Shown here piece after piece: positions 34,779 through 48,138 of a DNA stretch of 64,000 nucleotides (positions are counted from its first letter, which is position 1; each line of letters opens with the position of its first letter). Origin of the DNA: Callorhinchus milii (taxonomy: Eukaryota); NCBI RefSeq assembly GCF_018977255.1, contig NW_024704742.1:62870001-62934000 (forward strand), in the 5' to 3' direction. Made by a program: the position numbers and the translations under genes. The notes under the pieces were generated by a model. That model was given only the letters and a program-made list of their open reading frames with translations, was not told where the DNA came from and made no database searches.

Positions 34779-37700
34779 TGGCGTCTTACTCTTCACAGCA
34801 CTATGTAGCAATTATACTACATTTTAATCCAATTTCATCCCAGATAAATCTTGCATGTGATGGATAATCACAGTTTTGTTTCAACCCCAGAAACAAGATC
34901 AAAAAGACACTTAATGCAAGATATATATTTGAGCCCTGAGTATCACATATGACTCAATGCAAAAAAGCAATCTCGTAGAGTTTAACTGCATTTTCACACA
35001 ACTCTAGCAGATGATGCTTTCACAAAGTATCAGACTGTAGCATCCTGTGAAGTTGCTGTCAAAAATTCATGGTGTTAAATGTTTACACCCAGATTGAAGC
35101 CAGGAAAAGACTGAGACTATTATTCCCCACAAAATAACCCTGCGTCATGTCGTGTTCCAAAAACAGTTGAAAAACAAAGGATGTAAAATAGTTGTTTTCT
35201 TATTGAAGAATGCTTGGACTAATAGAACATTAGAGCACAGTTTGTAACATCTCCCGCAAGGGAAGGACTCTTAATCATTACCCTATTGGCATAAGGAGTT
35301 AAATCACACACCAAGTAAAAATCATGAAGTTTAATTTACCTCAGCCCAAACAAGCAGCTCAAACTCCCCTTTGCTTCGGAAACACAGTGCTGAGCAGATA
35401 CAAAACCTTAAATATCCACAGGCCTCAACTTCCATTACTTATTTACACAGAGGGTAATCAACGAGTGGAAAGGTGGTTGAGTACACGTCACTAGTGATTC
35501 TGTGATGGGGGCGTGACAGTGTGCATTTTCAGATTGGATAGGCCGAAGGACCTTTTACTTCCAAACAAATCTTGTGATCTTGGCTGTATCTAATTGACTC
35601 TATCAGTATCCTGAAGTCTCAGGTTTCAAAAATTGTAGATGATTTTGTAAAGAAGATTGCTTTTTTTTATACAGTTCCTTACATTGTTTTGTAGCACGTT
35701 AGCTGAGCTCAGGACATCACAGGAAGAGTTCAGGGAGGGAGATCAGAAGAAATGGTTTCACACACAGTGACAGGAGCAAATAAATACTTTGCCACAAGTG
35801 TCAATTTCAGCTAAAACTAAGACCACAACAACATTTAAAAGGAAATTGAATACGTATTTCATACGTATAAGAAACAATATAAAGGGTGTGGAGAAACAGA
35901 AGGGAATTGGGATTAGAATATTTAGCTTCAGTGAAGGAGCTGGTTCAGTGGCCTGAATAACCTCCTTCTGGGCTGTAATATCTGATTCTCCAGACAATTT
36001 CTAATCAGAGGATTCCTCTACCTTATATTACCATCAATGTGAATATGTAGAACCAATCTTTAATCACAACTTCTGAATAAGTGTAACCCGACTCTGCTAG
36101 TACTATCCTTTGTAGGATTATTATCACCAGCTTCTGCATGTTATCAAAAGATATGATGAAGCAATCACTGACAGGTCCCGCTGGATTGACATTTTCACTG
36201 AAGGATAGATTTTATCATGGAAACTCTGTTCACATGTCTAAATGACAACTATTCCCAATTGCAACTGAGGCATAAAGTGACTGCAAATGCACTGAGACAT
36301 GTTCGCAGCCATCAATGCAATGAAATTCTCCTTTGAGCTTTTGTTGACCAAAATGTTTTACTCACTGCAGTTCTACAATGAATTTTCAATGATACAAAGT
36401 TTTCAACCGAAGGAAAACTTACTATCAAATGTTTACTCCAAAACACAGGAATATAAATAGCAAAGTATCACTGCATTAAAAACAGACAAGTGTTTGGAAA
36501 AATAACATTAAATTGGTTCTCATAGAATTATTACAAGTTGAAGATTTATTAATGTCCTTTACTTTTAACACACAGCACTGACATATTAGTTGAGTTACTT
36601 TTCAGAAAAGGAAAAACCATAACATAAAGACCATTAAATTATTTGAGTGCTAGAAAAATGCTTTCAAAACTCTTGTGCGCATCTGCAGAATGGTGTCCAT
36701 AAACATAAAATAGTGAACAAAATAGATGGCTAAAAAAAGTCCAGAACCACAGAAGATTTCATCAATTGTATATTTCATGCCACACATTCTAATCTTGTTG
36801 CATTTTTTACTTTTCCCATAGAAAAGCTTCTTCTGCCTTCACATGCAGAAAGTAGCTTCCTTTAACCAAAACAGTAAGAAATAGAAGGAAATTCTAGTCT
36901 CAGAATATCTACTATTACTGATCACATAAAATCCTTGCATTTGATATAATGCCTTATCAGATTGTTGAGACGTCTGAAAGCGCTTCAAAGTATTTGCTGT
37001 AAAGTGAACTGACTGTTTATTTTGTGGCGAAACATGGCAGACAATTGCGCACAGTAGTGTCCCCAAACATTGTAAACGATTGTAAAATAGATTTCTGCAC
37101 AGACAAACTAATTCTTCTCTTCCTCACTATCTGGTAAGGAAGCAGCTGCTGTTCAGAAAACACTTCTGACCTAGCACACAATAGAAAGATTGTGCAGCTT
37201 ATTGTTCAATTTCTCTGCTTCAACTTATTTTCCAGAGAAGTAGTTCCCTAGGGTTGGCATTGGCTGTCAGTGACATTTTCATTTTCGGCACACTCTTATC
37301 TCTAAAAAGCCTAACTTGGAATAATTGGCTAGTTAGCGTAAATTGCTGAATTGGAGGCAGTTTTTGTCATGGCAGTTGTAATTCTGCAGGGAAGTCAATT
37401 CCAACAGCTCAAGCTCATTTTCATAGTGCATTTGATTACCTCTATCCATATTGCATGAACTCAGACAAAGCTAGTCAGTTTCCCCAGTGTCCAGCATTTT
37501 AATTCTGACCCTCTGAAAACGTATGTGTCGACCTTCAATTTCTACACAACCAAGTATTTCAGAATAAGCACCAATCACACATATTGTGAGAGGTTAGAGT
37601 GGATCTAAAGAGTTTCCTTTTGCATTTGCAAAATGTACAAATATTATCGATGAGCCTGGGGCAATTTTGTTTTGCTAAACCTGTTTCCCAAATACTGTTG

Positions 37701-37849
37701 CTGCGCATTTGTAAATTATACTTGAATGTTAGATTTATAATGAAGTTTCATAATTATACTATAATATTAGTATAGAAGTATAATATTTGCAATTTAAAAT
37801 TTAACTGGAGTTATTATTTTAGTGCATAGTTGCAAATATTTTATAGCTA

Positions 37850-37950
37850 TGAGTGGGATTAACATTACATTGCTCTTCTCAAAGAGCCGGCACAGACTCG
37901 ATGGGCCGAATAGCCTCTTTTTGTGCTGTATGATTCTATGATTCTATGAC
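37850..37950 (+). mobile_element. CR1 3' terminus with (attctatg)n tail
   Basis: aagagccggcacagactcgatgggccgaatagcctc...tgtgctgtatgattctatgattctatga. Confidence 0.85.
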
Positions 37951-39545
37951 TGAGCATCTACAGCCTTCTGGGGTTCCATAAATTCACTACCCTCAAGGGT
38001 GAAGAAATGTTTCCTCAACTCTGTTCTAAAAAGGCTGACCCTTAATTTTAAGACTGTGACCGCTGGTTATAGATTCTCCTACCAGGGGAAACAATCCCTC
38101 AGTGTCTACTTTATCCAGCCCTTTAAGAATCTTATATGTTTCAATAAGATCTCCCCTTATTCTTCTGTACTCCAGAGAATATAGCCCTAGTTTATTCAGG
38201 CTATCCTCATAGGTCAGTCCCCTCATCCCAGGAACTACCTAGTGAATTTACGCAGCACCCCCTCTAGGGCAAGTATGTCCTTTTTTAAATAAGGAGACCA
38301 AAACTGCACACAATACTCTAGGTGCGGTCTCACCAAGGCCCTATACAGTTGCAGCAAGACTTCCCTACTCTTGTACCTTTTGCAATGAACGCTAACATGC
38401 TTCGCCTTCTTAGTTGCTTGCTGAACCTGCAATCTAACTTTTTGAGACTGGTGTACAAGGACACCCAAATCCCTCTGAACACTAACGCTATCTAATATCT
38501 CCCCCTCTAGAAAATAATCTGTTTTAATAATAATAATAATCCTTGCATTTGATATCGCGCTTTTCACGTCGGGAGGACGTCCCAAAGCGCTTCACAGAAC
38601 ACACTGTAAAGTGAATTGACTGTATATTTGTGGGCAAACGCGGCAGCCAATTGCGCACAGCAATGTCTCACAAACAGTCGTAGATTGAACATGACCAATT
38701 TATTATTGTTTTTGGTTTTGGAGGGATTATTATTAGGCTCTGTGTGGAGTAAGGAAACTTGCCCAAGGTTTTGCCCTCTGCCTGGAATTGAACTCGGGTC
38801 TCTCACTTGCAAAGCGAGTGCTCTAACCACTGAGCTACAGGACTCCAATTTTTTCTATTTTTTCTACCTAGGTGAATAACTTCACACGTCCCCACATTAA
38901 ATTCCATCTGCCACCTACTCGCCCACTCCCCGAGCCTATCTATATCCGTTGTGATCTTTTTGCATCATCCTCAGAGCTTACTCTCCCACCTAGTTTAGTA
39001 TCATCCGCGAATTTAGATACGTTACATTCAATGTCCGCGTCTAGATCATTGACGTAAATTGTAAATAGCTGAGGCCCAAGCACTGATCCTTGTGGCACTC
39101 CACTAGTCACATCCTGCCAATTCGAGAATGACCCATTTATCCCTACTCTTGGTTTTCTACCCATTAGCCACTCTTCAATCCATGTTCATATGTTACCATT
39201 AATCCCGTGGGCCTTAACCTTGTACAATAGCCTTTTGTGTGGCACTTTGTCAAATGCCTTCTTACAATCTAAATATACTACATCTACTGGTTCCCTCCTA
39301 TCTAACCTGCTAGATACATCTTCAAAAAACTCTAAAACATTAGTTGAGCATGACTTCCCTTTTGTAAAGCCATGTTGACTCTGCCTAATCTTTTTATGGT
39401 CTTCCAGGAATCCCATAACGGCATCCTTAATTAAGAACTCCCTACCACTGATGTCAGACTAACTGGTCTATAATTCCCCATCTTTTCTCTCCCACCCTTC
39501 TTAAATAGTGGTGTTACGTTTGCAATCTTCCAATCAATGGGAATC
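37951..39545 (-). mobile_element. CR1 RT segment lacking its 3' terminus, interrupted by a SINE
   Basis: DWKIANVTPLFKKG..NYRPVSLTSVVG; QHGFTKGKSC; VYLDCKKAFDKVPH; SGVPQGSVLGP; SKFADDTKLGG; LVRPHLEYCVQFWSP. Confidence 0.95.
38526..38846 (-). mobile_element. tRNA-Ala SINE, short subfamily, full length
   Basis: Head ggagtcctgtagctcagtggttagagcactcgctttgcaag; inserted in the CR1. Confidence 0.92.
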
Positions 39546-40310
39546 ATTCTATGACAAGCGAACAGTCCAGGCCATATCAGTGAACTTGTTGCATTAAGCA
39601 AAATAAATAGACTGACCCTGAAACTGATCAGAAACCAACAATGTTTCATCAATTTAATGGATTTGGATTATTTCCCATTTGTCTCTCATTAAAAAAACCT
39701 TCATTGCCAACAATCAGGGACACACAGGGATCTAAAACAGCATTCAAACAGCATTGCTTCATTGTGAAACCTGAAACTGCATGACATTAACTCCTGGAAT
39801 TGCTTTTTGACAAGATTTACTTTCGGAGGTGGCTTCCCACGAGTCATTGAGATGTGTGTAACTACTTCTCAAATCTCAGCTGTGGCAGGTGCCAACTGTA
39901 CTTGTTTACTCAGCAATGAAAGCAGTTGACCATGTAGGCTATTGTTTTAACATTGATGCAGGTCAAGTCAAAAAGTTGTAAAATACCACGAGATCACAAA
40001 ATCAGAAGATTGGTTGGGATGAACATGGTCTTTTGGGCCATCGGATCTCATCTCTCTAGAATAACCACGCTACTGTCCTCTCACCACAGCATCAAGTGCT
40101 TTTGAAATGAATCCAGCATCCTGGTCTAAGCCACCCTTCCTAGTAAGAACCACCATAGTTGAAAAGGTAATATTTTCTCATTAGTGTCTGACAATTCTAA
40201 GACGAAGGATAATCTGACAATCTTAAGGAAAGAATGAGTTAATGTTGGAGTAAGGTTTGGATTAAACCACCTGCTCAGTGTGCAGAGCAAAAAATCTTGT
40301 GCTATATACA

Positions 40311-41004
40311 ATAATAATCCTTGCAGTTGATATAGCGCCTTATCACATCGTTGACACATTTAAAAGTGCTTCACAGAATATACTGTAAAGTGAATTGACT
40401 GTATATTTTGTGGACGAAACGCAGCAGCCAATTGCATACAGCAGGGTCCCACAAACAGTTGTGGATTGAGTGACCAAATTATTATTTTTTGGGGGAGGGA
40501 TTATTACCCTGGATTCCTGTAGCTCAGTGGTTAGAGCACTTGCCTCGCAAGCTAGAGACCTGGGTTCGATTCCTGGCAGTGTGAAACCTTGGTCAGGTTT
40601 CCTTACTCCACACGCCTGACGATAATCCCTCAAGAAAAAAACACTAATAAATTGGTCACTTCAATCCATGACAGTTTGTTCCCACAATTGCTGTGCGCAA
40701 TTGGCTGTTGCGTTTCACCCACAAATATACAGTCAATTCACTTTACAGTATATTCTGTGAAGCGCTTTGCGACATCTAGAAGACGTGAAAAGCGCTATAT
40801 CAAACACAAGGTTTATTATTATATTATTATTATCCCCAGAAAGCAATCCGCCAATCAACTAGCAACCAGGTTCCTACTTACTGTGAGGTAAACAGAGGTG
40901 TGTGGAGTCAGGAATCTTGCCTAAAGTTTCGCACTGCCCGGGAATCAAACCCAGGTCCTCTCGCTTGAGAGGCATGTGCGCTAACCACTACGCTACAAGA
41001 TTCC
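40311..41004 (-). mobile_element. Long-subfamily SINE with an antiparallel short-subfamily SINE (40511-40833, +) nested inside
   Basis: The host sequence ggagggattattaccc|..gaaagc.atccgcc is split by a complete + strand copy. Confidence 0.9.
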
Positions 41005-42324
41005 ATGGTTGAAGGGAAGGAACATAAGTGCAAGGAATGATACTGAACTTGTATGGAGCACATTTCTGGTCCCACGTGTAGCAATGCCTATAATTTTTAT
41101 CACCGTGTTTCAGAAGGAAAGTCATGTTGTTACAACTGATACAACAACAATAACTAGAATTAGGCACCTGAGTTGTGAGATGAGGCCACGGGAAGTGGAA
41201 ATGTTCACATTGGAGAAGGGAAAGTTCCAGGAAGATCCTATTGAGATGATATTTTTCTTTTCAATCTCAACATTCTGCCTTTCACAACGTTAAAAATGTC
41301 AGTTGGATTAACTCTCAAAATGTATCTCTTTCGAAAGTAGAGAACAAACCAACTTCCTCAACCAGTGAAACTTACTGATATCTGGAATTATCTTGGTTGC
41401 TTATTGCATATCTTCTCAAAGAGGGCAGTGATAGCTTTTTCAAAATGACATGACCAGAACTGCACAAAGTATTGAGGATAAAGCTGTGTAGTGCTATTTA
41501 ATAAGCCCTTTTGATGTTTCTTCTATCTGTTTCATAATCCCACTCTGAAAGTTTCCATATTGTGAGGATGTATGGTTGATACCTGGAGGCTAAAAGGACA
41601 CTTTCTCAACCACTTACAGGATTAATGTGCTAGCTTCGATAGACTGGAAATGATAAGATGGAATATTTCAAGGTATTAAGGAATGTGAAATATTAAAATT
41701 AATCATTGCCCTGCCAAGTGCAAATTTATCTGAAATAATTCCTGGATTTCTGGAGGATAAGAGCTAAACCATCTTAAGAAAGTCAGGGTTAATTCTAACT
41801 TTAGACTAATCCGGTTCACTCAGACAATGTTGTATTATGCAAGTCAATTTTTGAATATTGTCATTAACCACAAATGCACAAACAACCTGAAGTGGAGTAA
41901 TAAAGTGGTTTATGTGCATTGTCTCAAGGTGAAGTTAATTACTTTGAGCTGAGACACTTGGCTATTCTGGGCAGGTTTTATCACTGATGGTAACCATGGC
42001 GATAGACTTTGAAAGAGCAAGTAGTTAGAAATAGAACTTGTGGAATTGATTTATTTTGGAGTGCTTGAGTGACAGGTTGGACCATTCTGTCGCTCTTACT
42101 TTTCTTAGAGAAAAGAAAGTATTGGAGAGAGTTTTAAGATACTTTCTCCAACTTATTTTTGCAATTTCTTCTCCTCTCTCGCTCTTTTGCACACTCTGCG
42201 CTTTCTGCACAATTTCTCAATGAATTTCTTGTTTTAGAAATTCTGGTGAAGACTCCTCCTAGTGTTTGGACAAATGGCATATTCTACATGTTACTCCCGT
42301 TCTCCCAGAGACAGCCTGGTGCAG

Positions 42325-42565
42325 TGTCAGCACTCTCACCTTTGAGTCAGAAGGTTGTGGGTTCAAGCCCCACATCAGGGCTTGGAGTCACGTAGTCTAA
42401 GTTGACATTCCACTGCAGTACTGGGGGTCTGCTACATTGTCAGAGGTGCCGTCCTTTGGATGAGACATTGAAGCGAGGTCACATCTGCCTGTTCAGGTGG
42501 ATGCTAAAGATCCTATGGCACTATTCAAAAAGAGATTGGAGTTTCTCCTGGTATCCTGGCACTAC
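42325..42565 (+). mobile_element. Deu-domain SINE
   Basis: Well-preserved head and Deu domain. Confidence 0.88.
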
Positions 42566-42769
42566 ATCAAATGCAACAATTATTATAATGTCCAGCAGTA
42601 TTCAGTGGTGCAACATGCATGAAAGAGTTTTATTAAATTTCAAAAGAGAAAGTCAAAATTGATGAGGTGAAATTTGTAGCATTTTATGATGTGTTCAATG
42701 TGATCATTATTTCTCACATACGTATTCGCTCCCATCAGCCCCTCCACACCTCAGGCACCGATAGGACCA

Positions 42770-43028
42770 CCATCCATAGATACACACCACACCTTACTAA
42801 GTCAGTCTGGACGGAACCTTGGCATTTTGTTTCACCCTCAACTATCCTTTCTACCCCACATCCGTGCCATGAACCGTTTTGCCTTCGCCCACACCGCAGG
42901 CCACCAAAACTCTCATACATGCAATCATAATATCCACCCCCAGCTCGGGTCCAAACACTGATTGTCCAGCAGTTTGGGATGTTCTCCTGACATGAAAGTT
43001 GCTATACAAATGTAATTGTGTTGTTATT
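42770..43028 (+). mobile_element. L2 fragment with 3' tail
   Basis: cctttctaccccacatccgtgcc...tatacaaatgtaattgtgttgtt. Confidence 0.7.
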
Positions 43029-43194
43029 ATCCTATGTTGAAATCATTATGAAATGCTGCAGATTTCAACTTGTGAATTTTGGCTGTGAACTTTTATAACT
43101 TGAAACTATCTTTCTCTTTCAGATTCTGATTGACTGATTGTATATTTCTCGTCTTCTCTATATTGTTTAGATTTCCAACATTCAGAAATTTTAT

Positions 43195-43545
43195 TTGCCT
43201 CAGTTAATAGTACTTTCACCCCTGGGTAAGAAAGTTATGGATTCAATCCCCTGTTCACAACTTGGGTTCACAATCTAGGCTGAACCTTCAGTGCTGTGCT
43301 GGGGAAATTTGCATTGTCAGAGATGCCATCCTTCAGATGAGTCAGTAAAACTAAAATTCTGTCTGTCTACTTTGTTAGGTTTTAAAGTCTTCAGACTATT
43401 TGAATTGAGAAGTGATTTTCTCCTGGTTTTCTGGCCAAGAATTGCCCAGATAAAATTAATCATTCACTTCATAGACTTTCATGTGTACAAATTGACTACC
43501 TTGTTGCCTGCAAATGCCGAGTCAGTGCCCTTCAAAACAAGTTTA
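43195..43545 (+). mobile_element. Deu-domain SINE (old)
   Basis: Deu motifs are present. Confidence 0.7.
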
Positions 43546-44227
43546 GAATATTTTGTACAAGTTTACCTTTATTATTCTAGTGATCATCCTTACTGTATGG
43601 TTTCCTGTTACTGAATCACCGATCAGTAGACATAATAGTCTCTCGCTTTGACCCTGTCAAATCATAATTTTGAAAACCTCTATTAAATTCCTATGATCAA
43701 ATGTAAAATGCTTCTCATTCGACTGCAGATAGAGACTCTGCAAACTTTGCTATAGAACGTTTACACTCTTCTCTTTCATCTTTCAAGAAATAAGGAAAGA
43801 AGCAGGCATGCTTGACAGTATCACATTAGCTCAATTCGGTAGTGTCAGTGCTTCTCTGACTAACACCTGTCAGGTGGTGCTAGTCCCACTGGATGGATAG
43901 CTGCACTATGAGAGGACCGAGCCTGATCAGAATCCTCAGCCCAGATTGCGGAAGGGGCTTGTTCAGAAATGCCAGAATTTCTTGGAAAAGAAGAGAAAAA
44001 CAATTATCAGTGTTTGAAAATCATATCCACTGAATTAGAATCCAAGCTGGCAACACCCAGAAGCTTTCAGCGGGTTTGACTACCACCATTACACAGTGGT
44101 TATTGGGTTAATTTTACCTAATTCCTTAAATTATCACTTAAATAATTATTCAAAACTAGTTTTAACATTATTCCTTAAATAATAATCCTTACATTTGATA
44201 AGTGCTTGTTAAGGTGTCTCCCGATTC

Positions 44228-44310
44228 ACCTTATTCTTTCATTACCTGTATCTGCCTGAATCAATGCTACCAACTGAGTCAGGCAGATACGGATAAGAAA
44301 ATAATAAGGT
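44228..44310. repeat. 83-nt hairpin (36-bp arms, 11-nt loop)
   Basis: accttattctttcattacctgtatctgcctgaatca versus the reverse complement of the right arm, accttattattttcttatccgtatctgcctgactca: 30/36 identical. Confidence 0.8.
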
Positions 44311-46429
44311 AAAAAAGGAACAGAAGAATGTTTCTTGAAATACTACACTTTTGAGTGCCAGATTGCTGAACAAAAAATAAAAATTGTCCCAATTTTTGTA
44401 AAACGTTTCAGTTTCAGAGGATAGACAATCCAGAATTCAGTAAGCACAGGGTGGTGGAACAAGGAACTACGAAGAGTTTTTTAAAAAGTATCGAAATAAG
44501 TTCCTGTCACCTAAAATGATTCAGGGTTATTAGATTTAAAGAGATTCATCAAAGGAATCTTGAGGGAAATAGACTGAATGGTCTGAAATTGTTACTGTTT
44601 TGCAATGATGTGTACTTATGTGTAATCAGTTATCTCAAATTANTTTTTCTATTAATATCACTGGTCCAATAGGTACTTAATATAATCAACAGCTTCTGAC
44701 CAAAACTATAGTTACATCTTGTGATGCATTTTAGTACAAAGAATGTCTATGAATTAGCAAGCTTCAAGCTGGAGGATAACATTGCAGCTATCATTTCTAT
44801 TTAAGTTTGATATGTGCCATAGATTTTGCAGAAACATACAATTTTTTTGTAATGCAGAAGGAGATTATCCGACATATTATACCTGTGCTGGCTCTCTGAA
44901 AGTGCTATCCATTTAAAACAACTCACCTACCATTTTATTCATACCCTTCTATTTTATCTTTTTCAGGAAAAAGTTAGTGATTTGCAGCAAAATGATCACT
45001 CTTGCACTTTGGATCTGAAATTCTCTAAATCCTAATCACTTGTTGGTGAGTTTGGCTCAGCTGAAAGCACTCTTACCTCAAACTCAAGTAGGCCTGGGTT
45101 TACATCCCAGTTTTGGACTTGAGCTTGTGGTCCAAGGTGACCCTCCAATACAATACTATATATTCAATGGTGCTGTCTTTCTGTTAGATTAGATGGTAAG
45201 ATGAAGTTCAAGTGGGAACCCATTGCGCATTACATGGAAAAGAGAAATGTTTGACCTAATGTCCTGGCCATCAATCCTCCGAATTTATTCACCATTCACC
45301 TTACTGATAAATATGGTTGTCTCACATGCCTACAGTAAACATCCACAGCATAAGATCACAAGATTGGGATGAAGAAGGTCTTTCATCCCATTTTAATTAA
45401 TTAGTCAATACTCGCATTAAATAATTGAAAAACAACAATAAATTGCATTTATATAGTGCCTTTCATGTAGGGAGGACATCCCATATGTGTTTTGTTATTC
45501 CTTAACTTCTATTAAACCAACTTCTTAGTAAGTGAAACATTGAAATATCAAGACTGGTGTTAGCAATTACAACTCACAATTGTCTTATATCAATCACTCA
45601 GCGACACATGTGATTCTTTATACATAAGTACATTTCAACACACATTTGTTTAAAGGTCCTGTCTGCCTGTTCAGCTGCACATTAAAGATGCTTTGGCACT
45701 ACTCGAAAAGAGAAGGGAGTTTCTCTCAGTGTCCTGGCCAACAATTTTATTCCCCAGATAAAATTGTTCATTTACGTATGAAATGGTTGTTTGGGGATCA
45801 TTGTTTTGTGCAAGTTGGATATCATGTTACCCTACAAATAATACTGCTCTATATTACCTTATTTTACAGTAAATCATGGGAAATGTTTTGACATGTCCTG
45901 TTAACAGGCTATGAAAGGCATTTTATCAAATGCAAGGATTATTTTTTTTTAAAAATTCCTTCTCCTTATGTACGGTATATTCATATGCCCTCCTCGCTGG
46001 TTTCGCCAGTTCCACAATAGACAAAATTCAATGAATTCAGAAATCCGCTACCCAGATATTAACCCGCACAAAACTCCGGACCTCCATCACACCAGTCCTT
46101 GCCAGGTTCCACTGGCTCCGAATGGATTGATTTCAAGATCCTCTCACTCGTTTTCAAATCCATCAACTGGAATTTGAATTGGAGTCTTTATCGGGCAGCA
46201 ATTGGCCAAGTCAGTTGGGCAGATGCTGGCCTCATAGCTTCAGTGAAGTAGCTTGGCTAGAGGGACAGCTGGTTATGGAGCCCATGTTTTGAGCTGAAAT
46301 CCTACAAAGGCCTTTACTTTGTTCAGCTTAGACTATGAGCTAATGTTTTAAACCCACATAAACCAAAACTGAGATTGCTACTATTTAAGCTACTATTTAA
46401 GCCAATCTCATATCTGAAAACCAGTAAAG

Positions 46430-46760
46430 TCCAATTAGCTCAGTTGTTAGAGCACTTGCCTCACAATTGAAAGGACCTGGGATCGATTTCCGGGCAGGGT
46501 GAAACATTGGGCAAGTTTCCTTACTCCACACGTCTCTGTTTACCTAGCAGTAAGGAGGAACCCGGTTGGTAGTCGATTGGTGGATCACTTTTCTGTGGGT
46601 AATAATCCCTTCAAAAATAAATAATAATAATTTGGTTACTCATTCCATGACTGTTTGTGGGACATTGCTGTGCGCAATTGGCTACTGGATTTCACCTACA
46701 GAAATACACCATCAATTCACTTTACAATATATTCTGTGAAGTGCTTTGAGATGTCTCGAA
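46430..46760 (+). mobile_element. tRNA-Ala SINE (long)
   Basis: Matches the consensus. Confidence 0.88.
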
Positions 46761-46769
46761 GATAAAAAT

Positions 46770-47226
46770 GATAATAATCCTTGCATTTGATATAGCGCTT
46801 TTCACATCTTCTAGACTCTCAAAGTGCTTAACAGAATATACTGTAAAGTGAATTGACTGTATATTAGTGGACGAAATGCGGCAGCCAAATTGCACACAGC
46901 AGTATCCCACAAACAGTCGTGCATTGGAGCGACCAATTTATTATTGTTTCTTTTAAGAACATTCGAACATAAGAATTAGGAGCAGGAGTAGGCCATTCAG
47001 GCCCTCGAGCCTGCCCCGCCATTCGATAAGATCATGGCTGATCTTATGACCTAACTCTAATTACCTGCCCTATCCCCATATCCCCTAATGCCTCTGTTTT
47101 TTCTTGAGGTATTACTATTAGGTGTGTGGAGTAAGGAAACTTGCCCAAGGTTTCGCCCTACCAGAACTCGAACCCAGGTCTCTCGCTTGAGAGGCGAGTG
47201 CTCTAACGACTGAGCTACAGGACTCC
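46770..47226 (-). mobile_element. tRNA-Ala SINE (short) interrupted by a CR1 3' end (46955-47094)
   Basis: The CR1 terminus gaacataagaattaggagcaggagtaggcc lies inside the SINE, with tgttt(c/t)tt flanking both sides. Confidence 0.88.
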
Positions 47227-47349
47227 ACTTTGATAAGGAACTATATCGAATCCAAGGATTATTATTATTATGACTCAACTGAATTCATTCATGGAGTTGG
47301 AATTTTATCCCTTATTTTTTCCTAATGAATGTCAACAAGACATTGTTGG

Positions 47350-48138
47350 TGCCTCCACACCTCAGGTACTGGCAAGTTCACCATCTAAGGATGCACACAC
47401 CACCTCACTGAGCCAGTCTGGAGCCTTGGCATCTTGTTTGACACTCAACTGTCCTTTCTACGCCACATCCATGTCATAACCTGCTCTGCCTTCCCCCACC
47501 CCTGCAACATCACCTGGCTCCGCCACTGTTTCTCATCAAGCCACTGAAACCCTCATCCACGCATTTATCTAGGCTCGACCTCGCCAACTCCCTGCTTGTT
47601 GTCCTTTCCAACTCTTCCCTCACAAGCTGCAGATCATCCAGAACTCTGCAACTTGTGTCCTCTCACTCACCAGGCTCCGTGACCCTATCACCCCCATCCT
47701 CACCCGTCTCCACTGGCTCCTCATCCTGCAGAGGATAGAGTTCATCCTCACCTTCAAGGCCCTCTACCGGCTTGCTCCTTGCTACCACTGTGACCTGCTA
47801 AACCCCTATCACCTGCTGTCTACTCCATCCATTCAGCAGGCTTTGGCCTGCTTCACATCCCCCACCATGGCCGCCCCACCATCAGCGTTCAGACCTTCAG
47901 CCTCTCTGTCTCCACCCTTTGGAACACCATCCCACATTCCCTTTGCTTTACTCCCTCCCTTGCCTCCTTCAAGGAATGTCTCAAGACCTTCCTCTTCTGC
48001 TGCGCATTCGACCATCCTCCTACCTCTACCCTCCTCGCTCTCCAACCCCCTGATTCCAATCCCCAGCTCGGGTCCAAATCCCTGACCGTCCAACCGATGT
48101 GAAAGACGTTATACAAATGTAATTTGTTGTTGTTATTA
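47350..48138 (+). mobile_element. L2 3' portion
   Basis: gcagatcatccagaactctgc...ccccatcctcacccgtctccactggctc; tail tatacaaatgtaatttgttgttg. Confidence 0.88.

Noticed and set aside
36116..36208. Acceptor-preceded frame DYYHQLLHVIKRYDEAITDRSRWIDIFTEG*
   Set aside because: It is short, has no recognised homology and has no partner exons.
38780..38846. tRNA-Ala gene-like sequences (also at 5956, 33744, 40511 and others)
   Set aside because: They are SINE heads that run directly into the SINE body and tail, so they are not tRNA genes.
44643..44643. Single N base
   Set aside because: This is an assembly ambiguity, not a biological feature.
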